Shown: positions 1 to 8,748 of the stretch, piece by piece | Numbering within the stretch: the first letter of the stretch is position 1 | Layout: each line of letters opens with the position of its first letter | IMG/VR virus record: IMGVR_UViG_3300037461_000085 | Span: 1-28,120 of that record | Origin: a virus | Lineage: Duplodnaviria; Caudoviricetes | Reading direction: 5' to 3' (one strand) | DNA length: 28,120 nucleotides | Notes under the pieces: generated by a model | Told to the model about the DNA's origin: nothing | The model's input: the letters and a program-made list of their open reading frames with translations, nothing else | Database searches by the model: none | Made by a program: the position numbers and the translations under genes

Positions 1-77
1 TTTCAGACTCGACGCGCTATAGACCGCGCCCCAAGTGGAATTTTCGTCTCCCCAAAATGGGAAACTGAGGTAGTTTC

Positions 78-449
78 GTGGCGCGACCGCGCACACCATC
101 GAACGTGCTGGAGCTGAGAGGGGCGTTCAAGAAGAACCCGCAGCGCCGGCGTGAGCCCGTGGCCGCCGCCGGGGAGTTCGACCCGGCGCCGCCCGCGCAC
201 TTGCCCCAGGATCACGTCCGCGCCTGGCATTCGGTGGTCGCGCAGATCCCGCCGGGCGTGCTAACTGCGAGCGACTACCTGTCGATCGAGATCATGGCCA
301 GCCTGTTGGCGCGCTTCTGGCTAACAGGCGAGCTCGACTACGCCAAGGAGCTGCGCATGTGGTTCGGCCAGTACGGCCTCACCGGCGCCGCGCGCGAGAA
401 GCTCGCCGCCAAGCCGAAGGCGGCAGGCAACCCGTTCGCTGACGTGTGA
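78..449 (+). CDS. terS: Terminase small subunit (P27-family-like)
   Basis: 123 aa; N-terminal MARPRTPSNVLELRG and C-terminal GLTGAAREKL...NPF pattern typical of P27-like TerS; GTGA overlap with TerL; SD GAGG at 67-70. Confidence 0.85.
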   Translation: MARPRTPSNVLELRGAFKKNPQRRREPVAAAGEFDPAPPAHLPQDHVRAWHSVVAQIPPGVLTASDYLSIEIMASLLARFWLTGELDYAKELRMWFGQYGLTGAAREKLAAKPKAAGNPFADV

Positions 450-2131
450 AGCGCGGCCACCCGCACGTCACCGCCGCGGAGCGCTACTGTCGCGATGTGG
501 TGGCCGGGCGCATCCCGGCCGGCAAGTACACGGTGCTCGCCTGCCAGCGACACCTGGACGACCGGCGCCGTGAGCGCACTCGGGCTTTCCGGTACAAGTT
601 CGACCCGGACGAGGCCGAGCGCATCTGCCGGTTCTTCGAGCTGCTGCCGCACGTCAAGGGCAAGTGGGCGAAGCGGGACCCGAAGCGCCCGGCGAACAAC
701 CGGATCAAGCTCGAGCCCTGCCAGTGCTTCTGGCTGACGAGCATCTTCGGCTGGCTGCGCAAGGGCACGGGAAAGCGCCGATTCCGCAAGGCGTCGATCT
801 ACGAGCCGCGGAAGAACGGAAAAAGCATCCTGGCCGCCGGCATCGGCTGGTGGATGTTCGCAAAGGACGGCGAGCCAGGTGCCGAGGTCTACTCAGGCGC
901 CACGACTGAAAAGCAGGCTTGGGAAGTGTTTGGCCCAGCGCGCCAGATGGCGCTCGCCGAGCCCGGGCTGCCAGAGGCGCTGGGCGTGACGGTCAACGCC
1001 TCGACGATGGTCCGGCTCGATGACGCATCGAAGTTCGAGCCGATCATCGGAAAGCCGGGCGATGGTGCGTCTCCGCACTGCGCGATCGTCGACGAGTACC
1101 ACGAGCACGACACGCCGGACCTGTACGACACGATGCTGACCGGCATGGGCGCGCGCGAGCAGCCCCTACAGCTCGTGATTTCCACGGCGGGCTACAACGT
1201 CGCCGGGCCGTGCTACGACGACTGGCTGACGGTGCAGAAGATCCTCGACGGCGTGCTCGAGGACGACACGCACTTCGGCGTGATCTATGCGGCCGACCCG
1301 GAGGATGACTGGACGAGCGAGATCGCCATGCGCAAGGCGAACCCGCTGGCCGGCGTGAGCGTCTCGATCGAGTACCTGCAGAGCCAGCTGCGTGACGCGA
1401 TCTCGAACCCCAGGAAGCAGGGCGTCTACAAGACGAAGCACCTGAATATCTGGGAGAACGCGCGCGACGCCTTCATCAACATGCAGCGTTGGGCGGAGTG
1501 CAAGAGAGCCGTCCGTCTCGACGACCTCGAGGGGCAGCCCTGCTACATCGGGCTGGACCTCGCATCGAAAATCGACATCGCCGCCGTGGAGATGCTGTTC
1601 CCGCGCGCGGAAGGCCGGTATGCGCGATTCGGCCGCTACTACCTGCCCGACGAGACGGTGCAGCTGCCGGAGAACGACCACTACCGGGCGTGGGCCCGCG
1701 CCGGGCTGATCACGGTCACCGAGGGCAACATCATCGACTTCGCGAGGATCCTCGAGGACCTCGAGGCGATGGCGGCGCGGTTCAAGGTCGAGGCGCTGGC
1801 GTACGACCCGTTCCAGGCGACGATGCTCGTCACCGAGCTGCAGAACGCCGGGCTGCCGTGCGTCGAGGTGAAACCGACGGTGCTCAACCTCAGCGAGCCG
1901 ATGAAAACGGTCGACGCGCTGATCCGCGATCGCAAGCTCGAGCACGACGGCGATCCGGTGATGACGTGGATGATGTCCAACGTCGTCGCCAAGGTCGACG
2001 CGAAAGACAACGTGTACCCGCGCAAAGACCGCCCCGAGAAGAAGATCGACGGGTTCGTCGCGCTGTGCATGGCGATGGCGCGCGCAATGACTGCGAGCGA
2101 CCGCAAGGAATATCAGGTTTTTTTCCTGTGA
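446..2131 (+). CDS. terL: Terminase large subunit (HK97/P27 Terminase_1 type)
   Basis: Walker A EPRKNGKS, Walker B AIVDEYH, coupling motif ISTAG, nuclease GLDLAS and KKIDG. Confidence 0.97.
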   Translation: MKRGHPHVTAAERYCRDVVAGRIPAGKYTVLACQRHLDDRRRERTRAFRYKFDPDEAERICRFFELLPHVKGKWAKRDPKRPANNRIKLEPCQCFWLTSIFGWLRKGTGKRRFRKASIYEPRKNGKSILAAGIGWWMFAKDGEPGAEVYSGATTEKQAWEVFGPARQMALAEPGLPEALGVTVNASTMVRLDDASKFEPIIGKPGDGASPHCAIVDEYHEHDTPDLYDTMLTGMGAREQPLQLVISTAGYNVAGPCYDDWLTVQKILDGVLEDDTHFGVIYAADPEDDWTSEIAMRKANPLAGVSVSIEYLQSQLRDAISNPRKQGVYKTKHLNIWENARDAFINMQRWAECKRAVRLDDLEGQPCYIGLDLASKIDIAAVEMLFPRAEGRYARFGRYYLPDETVQLPENDHYRAWARAGLITVTEGNIIDFARILEDLEAMAARFKVEALAYDPFQATMLVTELQNAGLPCVEVKPTVLNLSEPMKTVDALIRDRKLEHDGDPVMTWMMSNVVAKVDAKDNVYPRKDRPEKKIDGFVALCMAMARAMTASDRKEYQVFFL

Positions 2132-2165
2132 TCAGGACCAGGGCACCCGCAACGGAGCCACCGAC

Positions 2166-2798
2166 ATGATGAAAGCCTTCTCACTGCTCACCGTGAAGTC
2201 CATCGAGGACGAGCGGAGAGAGTTCAGCGGCATCGCGAGCACTCCGACCGTCGACCGCATGGGCGACGTGGTGGATCCGATGGGCGCGGTGTTTAAGACG
2301 CCGATGCCACTGTTGCTGTACCACCAGGATAGGCTGCCCGTCGGCTCTGTCGATTTCGCCAAGCCCCAGAAGGACGGCATTCCTTTCAGGGCGAGCATCC
2401 CGACTGTGGCGGAAGCGGGCACGGTAAAGGAAAGGGTCGACGAGGCCTGGCATTCGATCAAGTACAAGCTGCTCGGGTGCGTTTCCATTGGCTTCCAGCC
2501 CCTGAAGTACGAACCGCTGGATCCGGACAATCCGTGGGACGGCTTCAGGTTCCTGAGCTGGTCATGGCTTGAGCTGAGCCTGTGTGCGATTCCGGCCAAC
2601 CCGGACGCGGTGATCCAGGGATTCAAGTCAATGGATGCGCACGCGATCCGGCAGGCCCTTGCATTGCGAACCCCTGACACCACCGCGCCCGCCGCGACGG
2701 GCACGAAGCGCGGCGGCGTCATCCTCCTGCCCGGCGCCTCGGGCAAATCGACCGCCGCAAAGCGCGGCGGCGTTCCTCTCATTTCCAAAGGAAGCTGA
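2166..2798 (+). CDS. HK97-family prohead protease
   Basis: FSGIAST..DRMGDVV, LLYH, SIGF, ELSLCAIPANPDA motifs. Confidence 0.93.
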   Translation: MMKAFSLLTVKSIEDERREFSGIASTPTVDRMGDVVDPMGAVFKTPMPLLLYHQDRLPVGSVDFAKPQKDGIPFRASIPTVAEAGTVKERVDEAWHSIKYKLLGCVSIGFQPLKYEPLDPDNPWDGFRFLSWSWLELSLCAIPANPDAVIQGFKSMDAHAIRQALALRTPDTTAPAATGTKRGGVILLPGASGKSTAAKRGGVPLISKGS

Positions 2799-2799
2799 C

Positions 2800-4212
2800 A
2801 TGAAGACTATTGCGGAACAGATCCGCGACCTCGAGGCGACGCGCGCTGCCAAGGCCGCTCGCATGACCGAGGTCGTGCAGAAGTCCCTCGACGAGGGCCG
2901 CTCGACCGACGAGGCCGAGCAGGAAGAGTTCGATAACCTCGACGCCGAGATCAAGCAGATCGACGGCGACCTGGTGCGCCTCAAGCGGCTCGAGTCGCTG
3001 GCGGTGCAGAAGGGCCGCACGATCGAGGCTCCGGCCGCGGGTGCGAGCCCGGCCAAGGCGGCGAGCGAGCAGCGCGGCGCATCGGGCCCGACGATCATCG
3101 TGAAGTCCGGCGACAAGGACGAGGCCTTCAAGGGCCAGAACTACACCCGCATGGTCATCGCGAAGGCGCTGGCGCACATGCAGGGCATCGGCGGGCAGAG
3201 CCCGGCCGACATCGCCGCGGCCCGCTGGGGCAAGACGAACCCGACGCTCGTGCAGGTCATCAAGGCCGGCGTGGCCGGTGGTGGCTCGGGCTCGGGCGAG
3301 TGGGGCGCTGAGCTCGTCTCGGCGGACAACCGCTACACGGGCGACTTCATCGAGTACCTGTACGGCCGCACCCTGTTCGACAGGCTGCCGCTGCGCACGG
3401 TTCCGGCGAACGTCACCATCAAGGGCCAGGACGGCGCGGCGACCGGCTACTGGGTCGGCGAGTCCAAGGGCATCCCGGTGTCGAAGGCCGACTTCTCAAG
3501 CGTCAGCCTGACGCCGCTCAAGGTCGCCGCGCTCGCGGTGATCTCCAACGAGCTGATGCGCGACTCGAGCCCGGCGGCCGAGATGCTCGTGCGCGATGCC
3601 CTGGTGCAGGCTTCTGCCCAGCGCGTCGACTCGACGTTCCTCTCGACGTCGGCGGCCTCGGCTGGCGTGTCGCCGGCTGGCATCCTGAACGGTGTCGCCG
3701 GCCACAACACGCACGGTGCGGGCGTCGACGGCGTCATCGCGGACTTCAAGCAGCTCACGGCGATCTTCCAGAGCTACAAGAACGCGAGCGACCTCGCTGT
3801 CGTGACCACGCCGGACCTGGCTGTCTCGCTGGGCCTGATGCTGACCGCCCTCGGCCAGCCGCAGTTCCCGGGTATGGGCCAGGACGGCGGCACGCTGTTC
3901 GGGCGTCCGGTGTGGACCGGCGACAACGTGCCGGCGAACGCCTTCATCATGCTGAAGCCGAGCGACATCTGGCGCATTGCCGACTCCGGCGTGCAGGTGT
4001 CCATCTCGAACGTCGCGACGATCGAGCAGGACGACAGCCCGCAGGGTGCCTCCGATACGCCCGTCGCGGCCTCGGCGACCATGATGTCGATGTTCCAGAC
4101 GGAGTCGACGGCCATCAAGGTCGTGCGCAGCATCAACTTCGCCAAGCGGCGGAGCCACGCTGTGCAGTACATCGACAACGCCGACTACGGCGCGACCGAT
4201 ACCTCGACCTGA
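2800..4212 (+). CDS. Major capsid protein, HK97 fold, with N-terminal coiled-coil delta domain
   Basis: Start reassigned to ATG 2800 (SD AAGGA, 1 nt after protease stop); WVGESKGIPVS, LTPLKVAALAVISNELMRDS, TLFGRPV motifs; strongly biased codon usage. Confidence 0.95.
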   Translation: MKTIAEQIRDLEATRAAKAARMTEVVQKSLDEGRSTDEAEQEEFDNLDAEIKQIDGDLVRLKRLESLAVQKGRTIEAPAAGASPAKAASEQRGASGPTIIVKSGDKDEAFKGQNYTRMVIAKALAHMQGIGGQSPADIAAARWGKTNPTLVQVIKAGVAGGGSGSGEWGAELVSADNRYTGDFIEYLYGRTLFDRLPLRTVPANVTIKGQDGAATGYWVGESKGIPVSKADFSSVSLTPLKVAALAVISNELMRDSSPAAEMLVRDALVQASAQRVDSTFLSTSAASAGVSPAGILNGVAGHNTHGAGVDGVIADFKQLTAIFQSYKNASDLAVVTTPDLAVSLGLMLTALGQPQFPGMGQDGGTLFGRPVWTGDNVPANAFIMLKPSDIWRIADSGVQVSISNVATIEQDDSPQGASDTPVAASATMMSMFQTESTAIKVVRSINFAKRRSHAVQYIDNADYGATDTST

Positions 4213-4231
4213 TCCGAGCCACTGGCACAGG

Positions 4232-4259
4232 GACCGGCCCCGCAAGGGGCCGGTCTTCT
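4232..4259 (+). terminator. Stem-loop after capsid gene (probable intrinsic terminator/attenuator)
   Basis: GACCGGCCCC-GCAA-GGGGCCGGTC perfect 10-bp stem with GNRA loop, short TTCT tail. Confidence 0.7.
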
Positions 4260-4262
4260 CGC

Positions 4263-4472
4263 ATGACTCAACTGATCGCAGAAAAGCCGGTTTTCTACGC
4301 CGGCCGCACGCGCCCGAAGGGCGAGGTGTTCACGGCCACGCCGCATCACGCTGCGCTGCTGCTCAAGACCGGCACGGTGAAGGTGCACGAGGCCGTCGAG
4401 GAGTCGGAGTCGACTCCCGTCGCCCGCCGGCGCAGGCAGTACCGTCGCCGCGATATGCGGGCCGAGGGGTAA
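4263..4472 (+). CDS. Small head-region protein (69 aa) with basic C-terminus
   Basis: ATG 4263 inside the called ORF 3912..4472; MTQLIAEKPVFYAG...RRRRQYRRRDMRAEG; fills the capsid-portal gap. Confidence 0.75.
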   Translation: MTQLIAEKPVFYAGRTRPKGEVFTATPHHAALLLKTGTVKVHEAVEESESTPVARRRRQYRRRDMRAEG

Positions 4473-4475
4473 CGG

Positions 4476-5849
4476 ATGAAGATCACGACGCGGCTGGCCA
4501 CGGCGCTACGCAAGGCGGCGAGCTACCTGAATCCGGTCTTCCAGACCGTCGGCGGCTGGGTCACCGTCTTTGAAACGTACACTGGAAGCTGGCAGCAGGA
4601 CGTCGAGGTCGACCAGACGACCGTCAGCGCTAACTGGGCGGTCTTTGCATGCGTCACGCTGATCGCCGGCGACATCGCGAAGATGCCCGCGCGCGTGATG
4701 AGATACAACGAAAGCACGCGAGTCTGGGAGGATACGGGCCGGCGGCGCGTGCTGCGCAAGCCGAACCGCTACCAGACGCGCATCGAATTCTTCCAGAGCT
4801 GGGTGCTGTCGCTGCTGTTCAACGGCAACGCCTACGTACTGAAGCAGCGCGACGAGCAGGGCCGGATCGTGGCGCTGTACATCCTCGACCCGTCCCGCGT
4901 GCACCCGCTCGTGGCGCCCGACGGCGGCGTCTACTACGAGCTGCACGACGATGTGCTGGCCCAGATCGAGACCAGGGTCGTCGTTCCGGCGTCGGAGATC
5001 ATCCACGACCGCATGTACACGCCGTGGCACCCGCTGATCGGCGTGTCGCCGATCTACGCCTGCGGCGCGGCGGCCATGCAGGGCTCGCACATTCAGGCGG
5101 CGAGTTCGTATTTCTTCAAGAACAAGAGCACGCCGGGCGGCATCATCACGGCGCCTGGCGCGATTCCGGCCGACACGGCGACGCGCATCCGCGAGCAGTG
5201 GCAGGCCAACTACACCGGGACGAACTCCGGCAAGGTCGCGGTGCTCGGTGACGGCCTCGAGTACAAGCCGATCGGCGTGAGCGCCTCCGACGCTCAGCTC
5301 ATCGAGCAGCTCAAGTTCACGGGCGAGATGATCTGCGCGACGTTCCACGTCCCGCCGTACAAGCTTGGCCTCGGCCAGATGCCGACCGTGAACAACGTCG
5401 CCGCGCTGAACCAGCAGTATTACGATCAGGCGCTGCAACCGATCGTCGAGAAGATGGAGCTCCGTCTCGACGAGGGCCTCGAGCTCAGCGAGGGGTACGA
5501 GACCTGGCTCGACGAGACCGTGCTCGTGCGGATGGACCCCGCCACTCGCCTCGACGCCCACAACAAGGCGGTGAATGGCGGCTGGAAGGCGCCAGACGAG
5601 GTGCGGCGAGAGGAGAATCTGCCGCCGGTCCCGGGCGGCGCCACGCCGTATTTGCAGCAGCAGAACTACTCGCTGGCCGCGCTCGCGAAGCGCGACGCCA
5701 GCGATGACCCGTTCGGCAAGGCCACGCCGCCGGCAGCGCCCGCGCCCGCGCCCACCGAAGACGAAACGGACGACGACGAACCGAGCGACGAGTTGCGAGA
5801 GTTCTCCGATCTGGTTCGCCGTGGCCTTTCCATGAAAGAGGCGGCATGA
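4476..5849 (+). CDS. Portal protein, HK97 family
   Basis: VFACVTLIAGDIAKMP, PNRYQTRIEF, LLFNGNAY, GVSPI, GKVAVLGDGLEY, FHVPPYKLG, DEVRREENLPP. Confidence 0.96.
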   Translation: MKITTRLATALRKAASYLNPVFQTVGGWVTVFETYTGSWQQDVEVDQTTVSANWAVFACVTLIAGDIAKMPARVMRYNESTRVWEDTGRRRVLRKPNRYQTRIEFFQSWVLSLLFNGNAYVLKQRDEQGRIVALYILDPSRVHPLVAPDGGVYYELHDDVLAQIETRVVVPASEIIHDRMYTPWHPLIGVSPIYACGAAAMQGSHIQAASSYFFKNKSTPGGIITAPGAIPADTATRIREQWQANYTGTNSGKVAVLGDGLEYKPIGVSASDAQLIEQLKFTGEMICATFHVPPYKLGLGQMPTVNNVAALNQQYYDQALQPIVEKMELRLDEGLELSEGYETWLDETVLVRMDPATRLDAHNKAVNGGWKAPDEVRREENLPPVPGGATPYLQQQNYSLAALAKRDASDDPFGKATPPAAPAPAPTEDETDDDEPSDELREFSDLVRRGLSMKEAA

Positions 5850-6643
5850 ACATCAAGACCTTGGCCGACGACGTGATCCATGCCGTGCGCGACTTCGTGT
5901 CGCGTTCGATCGGGCCGCTGGAAGCCCGACTGCAGGCGCTCGAAGCCCGGCCGGTTCCACAGGACGGCAAGTCAGTGACCGTCGAGGAATTCCGCGGTCT
6001 GCTGAACGACATCGTCGAGGAGCGCATCAAGGCGCTGCCGGCGCCGAAAGACGGCACGAGCGTCACTCTAGACGACGTCCTGCCCGTGATCGAGGCGCAC
6101 CTGAAGGCGATCCCAGTACCCAAAGACGGGGCGTCAGTCACTCTCGATGATGTCCGGCCGCTGGTGGAGGCCGCAGTGGCGGCGGTCCCAAAGCCGAAGG
6201 ACGGCAACGACGGCAAGTCCGTGACGCTCGAGGAGGTCCGCACCTATCTCGACGCAGAGCTGGCGACGTGGGCGCTCGGGTTCGAGCGGCGCGCCCAGGA
6301 CGTCCTGCAGCGGGCGATCGACCGCATGCCGCCACCGAAGGATGGGCGCGACGGCTTCTCGCTTGACGACCTGCAGATCGACCAGCGAGACGAGCGCACC
6401 GTCGTGCTGCGATTCATGCGGGGCGATCTGGTGCGCGAGCGCGAAATCCGCCTCGGCCACCCACTCGACCAGGGCGTGTTCCGAGAGGGGACCGCCTACC
6501 GGCGCGGCGATGGAGTGACGTTCGGCGGTTCCTGGTGGATCGCCCAGAAGGACGCGCCGGAAGGTAAGCCCGGCGTGTCGTCGGATTGGCGCCTCGCGGT
6601 CAAGAAGGGCCGCGACGGTAAGGACTGGAGCGGGCCGAAATGA
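5846..6643 (+). CDS. Portal-adjacent repeat protein (PKDGxSVTLxxV repeats; C-terminal YxxGDGVTFGGSxW...W module)
   Basis: Five internal repeats; C-terminal DQGVFREGTAYRRGDGVTFGGSWWIA...WRLAVKKGRDG; ATGA-coupled to portal. Confidence 0.8.
   Translation: MNIKTLADDVIHAVRDFVSRSIGPLEARLQALEARPVPQDGKSVTVEEFRGLLNDIVEERIKALPAPKDGTSVTLDDVLPVIEAHLKAIPVPKDGASVTLDDVRPLVEAAVAAVPKPKDGNDGKSVTLEEVRTYLDAELATWALGFERRAQDVLQRAIDRMPPPKDGRDGFSLDDLQIDQRDERTVVLRFMRGDLVREREIRLGHPLDQGVFREGTAYRRGDGVTFGGSWWIAQKDAPEGKPGVSSDWRLAVKKGRDGKDWSGPK
5950..6372 (+). repeat. Protein-level tandem repeats P(Q/K)DG-x-SVT(L/V)(D/E)(D/E)(V/F/L)
   Basis: PQDGKSVTVEEF, PKDGTSVTLDDV, PKDGASVTLDDV, PKDGNDGKSVTLEEV, PKDGRDGFSLDDL. Confidence 0.85.
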
Positions 6644-7014
6644 CGCAGCTCGTCACGCTCGACGAAGCGAAGGCGCACCTGAACCTGCGCGCCGAAGACA
6701 CGGACCAGGACGACTACGTGACGATCCTGATCGAGTCGGCCTCGGCCGCGGTGCTGGCCTACATCGGCGACGCGCAGTATTTGTTCCTCGACACAGGCGG
6801 CGACGAACTCGAGCTGGAAGAGACCGGCCTCGATCAGGAAGGACTTCGCGCGCGGCACCTCGCCCGCCAGGCGACCCTGCTGATGGTCGGCGAGTTCTTC
6901 CGCAATCGCGAGCCGGCGGCGACCGACGTCGTGCCGGAGCGGTTTGGCTACGGCTACCTGCCGCGGGCCGTGGTGGCGCTGCTCATGTCGCTAAGGACAC
7001 CGACTGTCGCATGA
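6640..7014 (+). CDS. Head-tail connector (HK97 gp6-like adaptor)
   Basis: LVTLDEAKAHL...D..V..LI.SAS..V..YI...QATLLMVGEFFRNRE...LPRAVVALL. Confidence 0.9.
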   Translation: MTQLVTLDEAKAHLNLRAEDTDQDDYVTILIESASAAVLAYIGDAQYLFLDTGGDELELEETGLDQEGLRARHLARQATLLMVGEFFRNREPAATDVVPERFGYGYLPRAVVALLMSLRTPTVA

Positions 7015-7658
7015 CGACGCCCTGGTCGGTCGAGCCCGAGTGGGCCGGCGAGACGGCGGCGATCCTCGCGTCCGGGCCGAGCATGACACGCGCACAGGCC
7101 GAGTACGTGCGCGGCAAGTGCCGGGTGATCGCGGTCAATAACCAGGGCATTGACACCGACTGCGACGGCAAGCTGGTGCCGGCGCTGGCGCCGTGGGCAG
7201 ACATCCTCTATGCGGCGGACGCGAAGTGGTGGCGGCACTACCACGAGCGCGCGCTGAAGTTCGCGGGCCGCAAGGTCACGATTCGCGACACGCTGCCGTG
7301 GCCAGAGCTGTACAGCCTCAAGCAGTCGATCGAGCACTCATCGTTCGACCCGCGCCCGACGCACCTGGTCAGTGGCGGCAACAGTGGCTATCAGGCGATC
7401 CACCTGGCCGTGCACCTCGGCGCCAAGCGGATCGTGCTGCTCGGGTTCGACATGAAGGAAGGGCCGCACCGGCGGCGGCACTGGTTCGGGAATCATCCCG
7501 GCCGGCTGAACTCGCGCGGCAGTTTCAGCACGTGGCTGCGCGCCTTCGACAAGTTCGCGAAGGTACTGAAGATGAAGGAGATCGACGTCGTGAACTGCAC
7601 GCCGGACACAGCCCTGCGCAGCTTCCGACGCGCTCGCCTCGAAGAGGTGCTGCCCTGA
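7011..7658 (+). CDS. Putative glycosyltransferase of Maf/DUF115/CstII (GT42-like) fold
   Basis: ILASGPS...IAVNN...NSGYQAIHLAVHLGAKRIVLLGFDM...H...VVNCT matches the motif spacing of CstII/Maf-type enzymes. Confidence 0.7.
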   Translation: MTTPWSVEPEWAGETAAILASGPSMTRAQAEYVRGKCRVIAVNNQGIDTDCDGKLVPALAPWADILYAADAKWWRHYHERALKFAGRKVTIRDTLPWPELYSLKQSIEHSSFDPRPTHLVSGGNSGYQAIHLAVHLGAKRIVLLGFDMKEGPHRRRHWFGNHPGRLNSRGSFSTWLRAFDKFAKVLKMKEIDVVNCTPDTALRSFRRARLEEVLP

Positions 7659-7993
7659 TGGACGCCGGGCGCCTTCGGCATCGCGTCGACTTCGAGCGCC
7701 GCGTCGACGTGCAAGACCCTGACACCGGGGCCGTCACGCCGACCTGGGTATCGGTGGCGCGCGGCGTGCCCGCGGCGATCGAGCCGCTCAGCGTTCGCGA
7801 GTTCATCGCCGGCCAGTCGCTGCAGTCCGAGGTCACGGCGCGGATCGTGGTCCGCTACCGCGACGGCTTGAACGCGGCGATGCGGATCAAGCACGGCAGC
7901 CGGATCTACAACCCGGCCGGCTTCCTGGCCGACCCGGTCTCGGGCCGCGACTACCTGACGATTCCGTGCAGCGAAGGGGTAAACGAAGGGTGA
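7658..7993 (+). CDS. Head closure / head-tail joining protein (SPP1 gp16-like)
   Basis: Start ATG 7658 (TGATG overlap); MDAGRLRHRVDF...W..VA....AAIEPLSVREF....Q.EVTARIVVRYR.GLNAAMRI...YNP...D...R.YLTIPC.EG. Confidence 0.92.
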   Translation: MDAGRLRHRVDFERRVDVQDPDTGAVTPTWVSVARGVPAAIEPLSVREFIAGQSLQSEVTARIVVRYRDGLNAAMRIKHGSRIYNPAGFLADPVSGRDYLTIPCSEGVNEG

Positions 7994-8748
7994 AGGTGGG
8001 CCGCTTCACGCTGATCGTGCCGTTCTACCGCAACGTCGCCATGCTGAGGCATCAAATTGCGGCATGGGAGGCTTACCCGGACGCCGTGGCGGTCATTCTG
8101 GTCGACGACGGGAGTCCGGAGCCGGCCGCGGACATCGTGCGGCAGACGGCCTCTCCGTCGCTCGCGTCGCGCCTGACCGTGCTCCGGATCGGCGTCGACA
8201 TCCCGTGGAACCGTGGCGGCGCCCGGAACCTCGGGACGCAACAGGCCGAGACCGACTGGATCGTGCACGTCGACATCGATCACGTCCTGCCGGCGGCGCT
8301 GGCGCGGCAGCTCCTCGAGTTCGACGCCGACCCGCGGCGCTGGTATCGGTTCGAGCGGTATCGGGTGGGCAAGGCCGACGAGACCCGGCGCAAGGACAAG
8401 ATCCCCGACGACGTCGAGTTCGGGAAGATTCACCCGCACATCGACAGCTATCTGTGCACGCGCGACCTGTACTGGCAGGCCGGCGGCTACAACGAGGACT
8501 TCTCGGGCTGCCTCGGTGGCGGAACCGACTTTCTCAAGCGCATGGAGCGGATCGCGGCGCCCGAGCTGGTGCCCGATCCCATCCACCTGCTCGTGTTCAC
8601 GCGCTCGGTCGCGGCCGACGCCTCGGACCATTCGCTGTCGCGCGACCGGACGGCCGGCAAGGCGCTCGCGCGGAAGATCGCGGGGCGCAAGCCGACCAGC
8701 CACGTCCGCTTCCCGTGGGCGCGGGAGGACGTGTGTATCCGCGCGTAG
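7990..8748 (+). CDS. Glycosyltransferase, GT2/GT7-like GT-A fold
   Basis: Start GTG 7990 (GTGA overlap); TLIVPFY, ILVDDGS, ARNLG, DID (DxD), GGYNEDFSG. Confidence 0.88.
   Translation: MKVGRFTLIVPFYRNVAMLRHQIAAWEAYPDAVAVILVDDGSPEPAADIVRQTASPSLASRLTVLRIGVDIPWNRGGARNLGTQQAETDWIVHVDIDHVLPAALARQLLEFDADPRRWYRFERYRVGKADETRRKDKIPDDVEFGKIHPHIDSYLCTRDLYWQAGGYNEDFSGCLGGGTDFLKRMERIAAPELVPDPIHLLVFTRSVAADASDHSLSRDRTAGKALARKIAGRKPTSHVRFPWAREDVCIRA

Noticed and set aside
2635-2799. Extended ORF-track starts for capsid (2635), head closure (7193), GT-D (8064), hub (16023), endolysin (23264) and holin (23650)
   Set aside because: The extensions overlap upstream genes and are low-complexity; internal starts have an SD or stop-start coupling
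5950-6372. CRISPR-like or DNA-level repeat array
   Set aside because: Repeats are conserved at protein level with synonymous divergence, not identical DNA repeats with spacers
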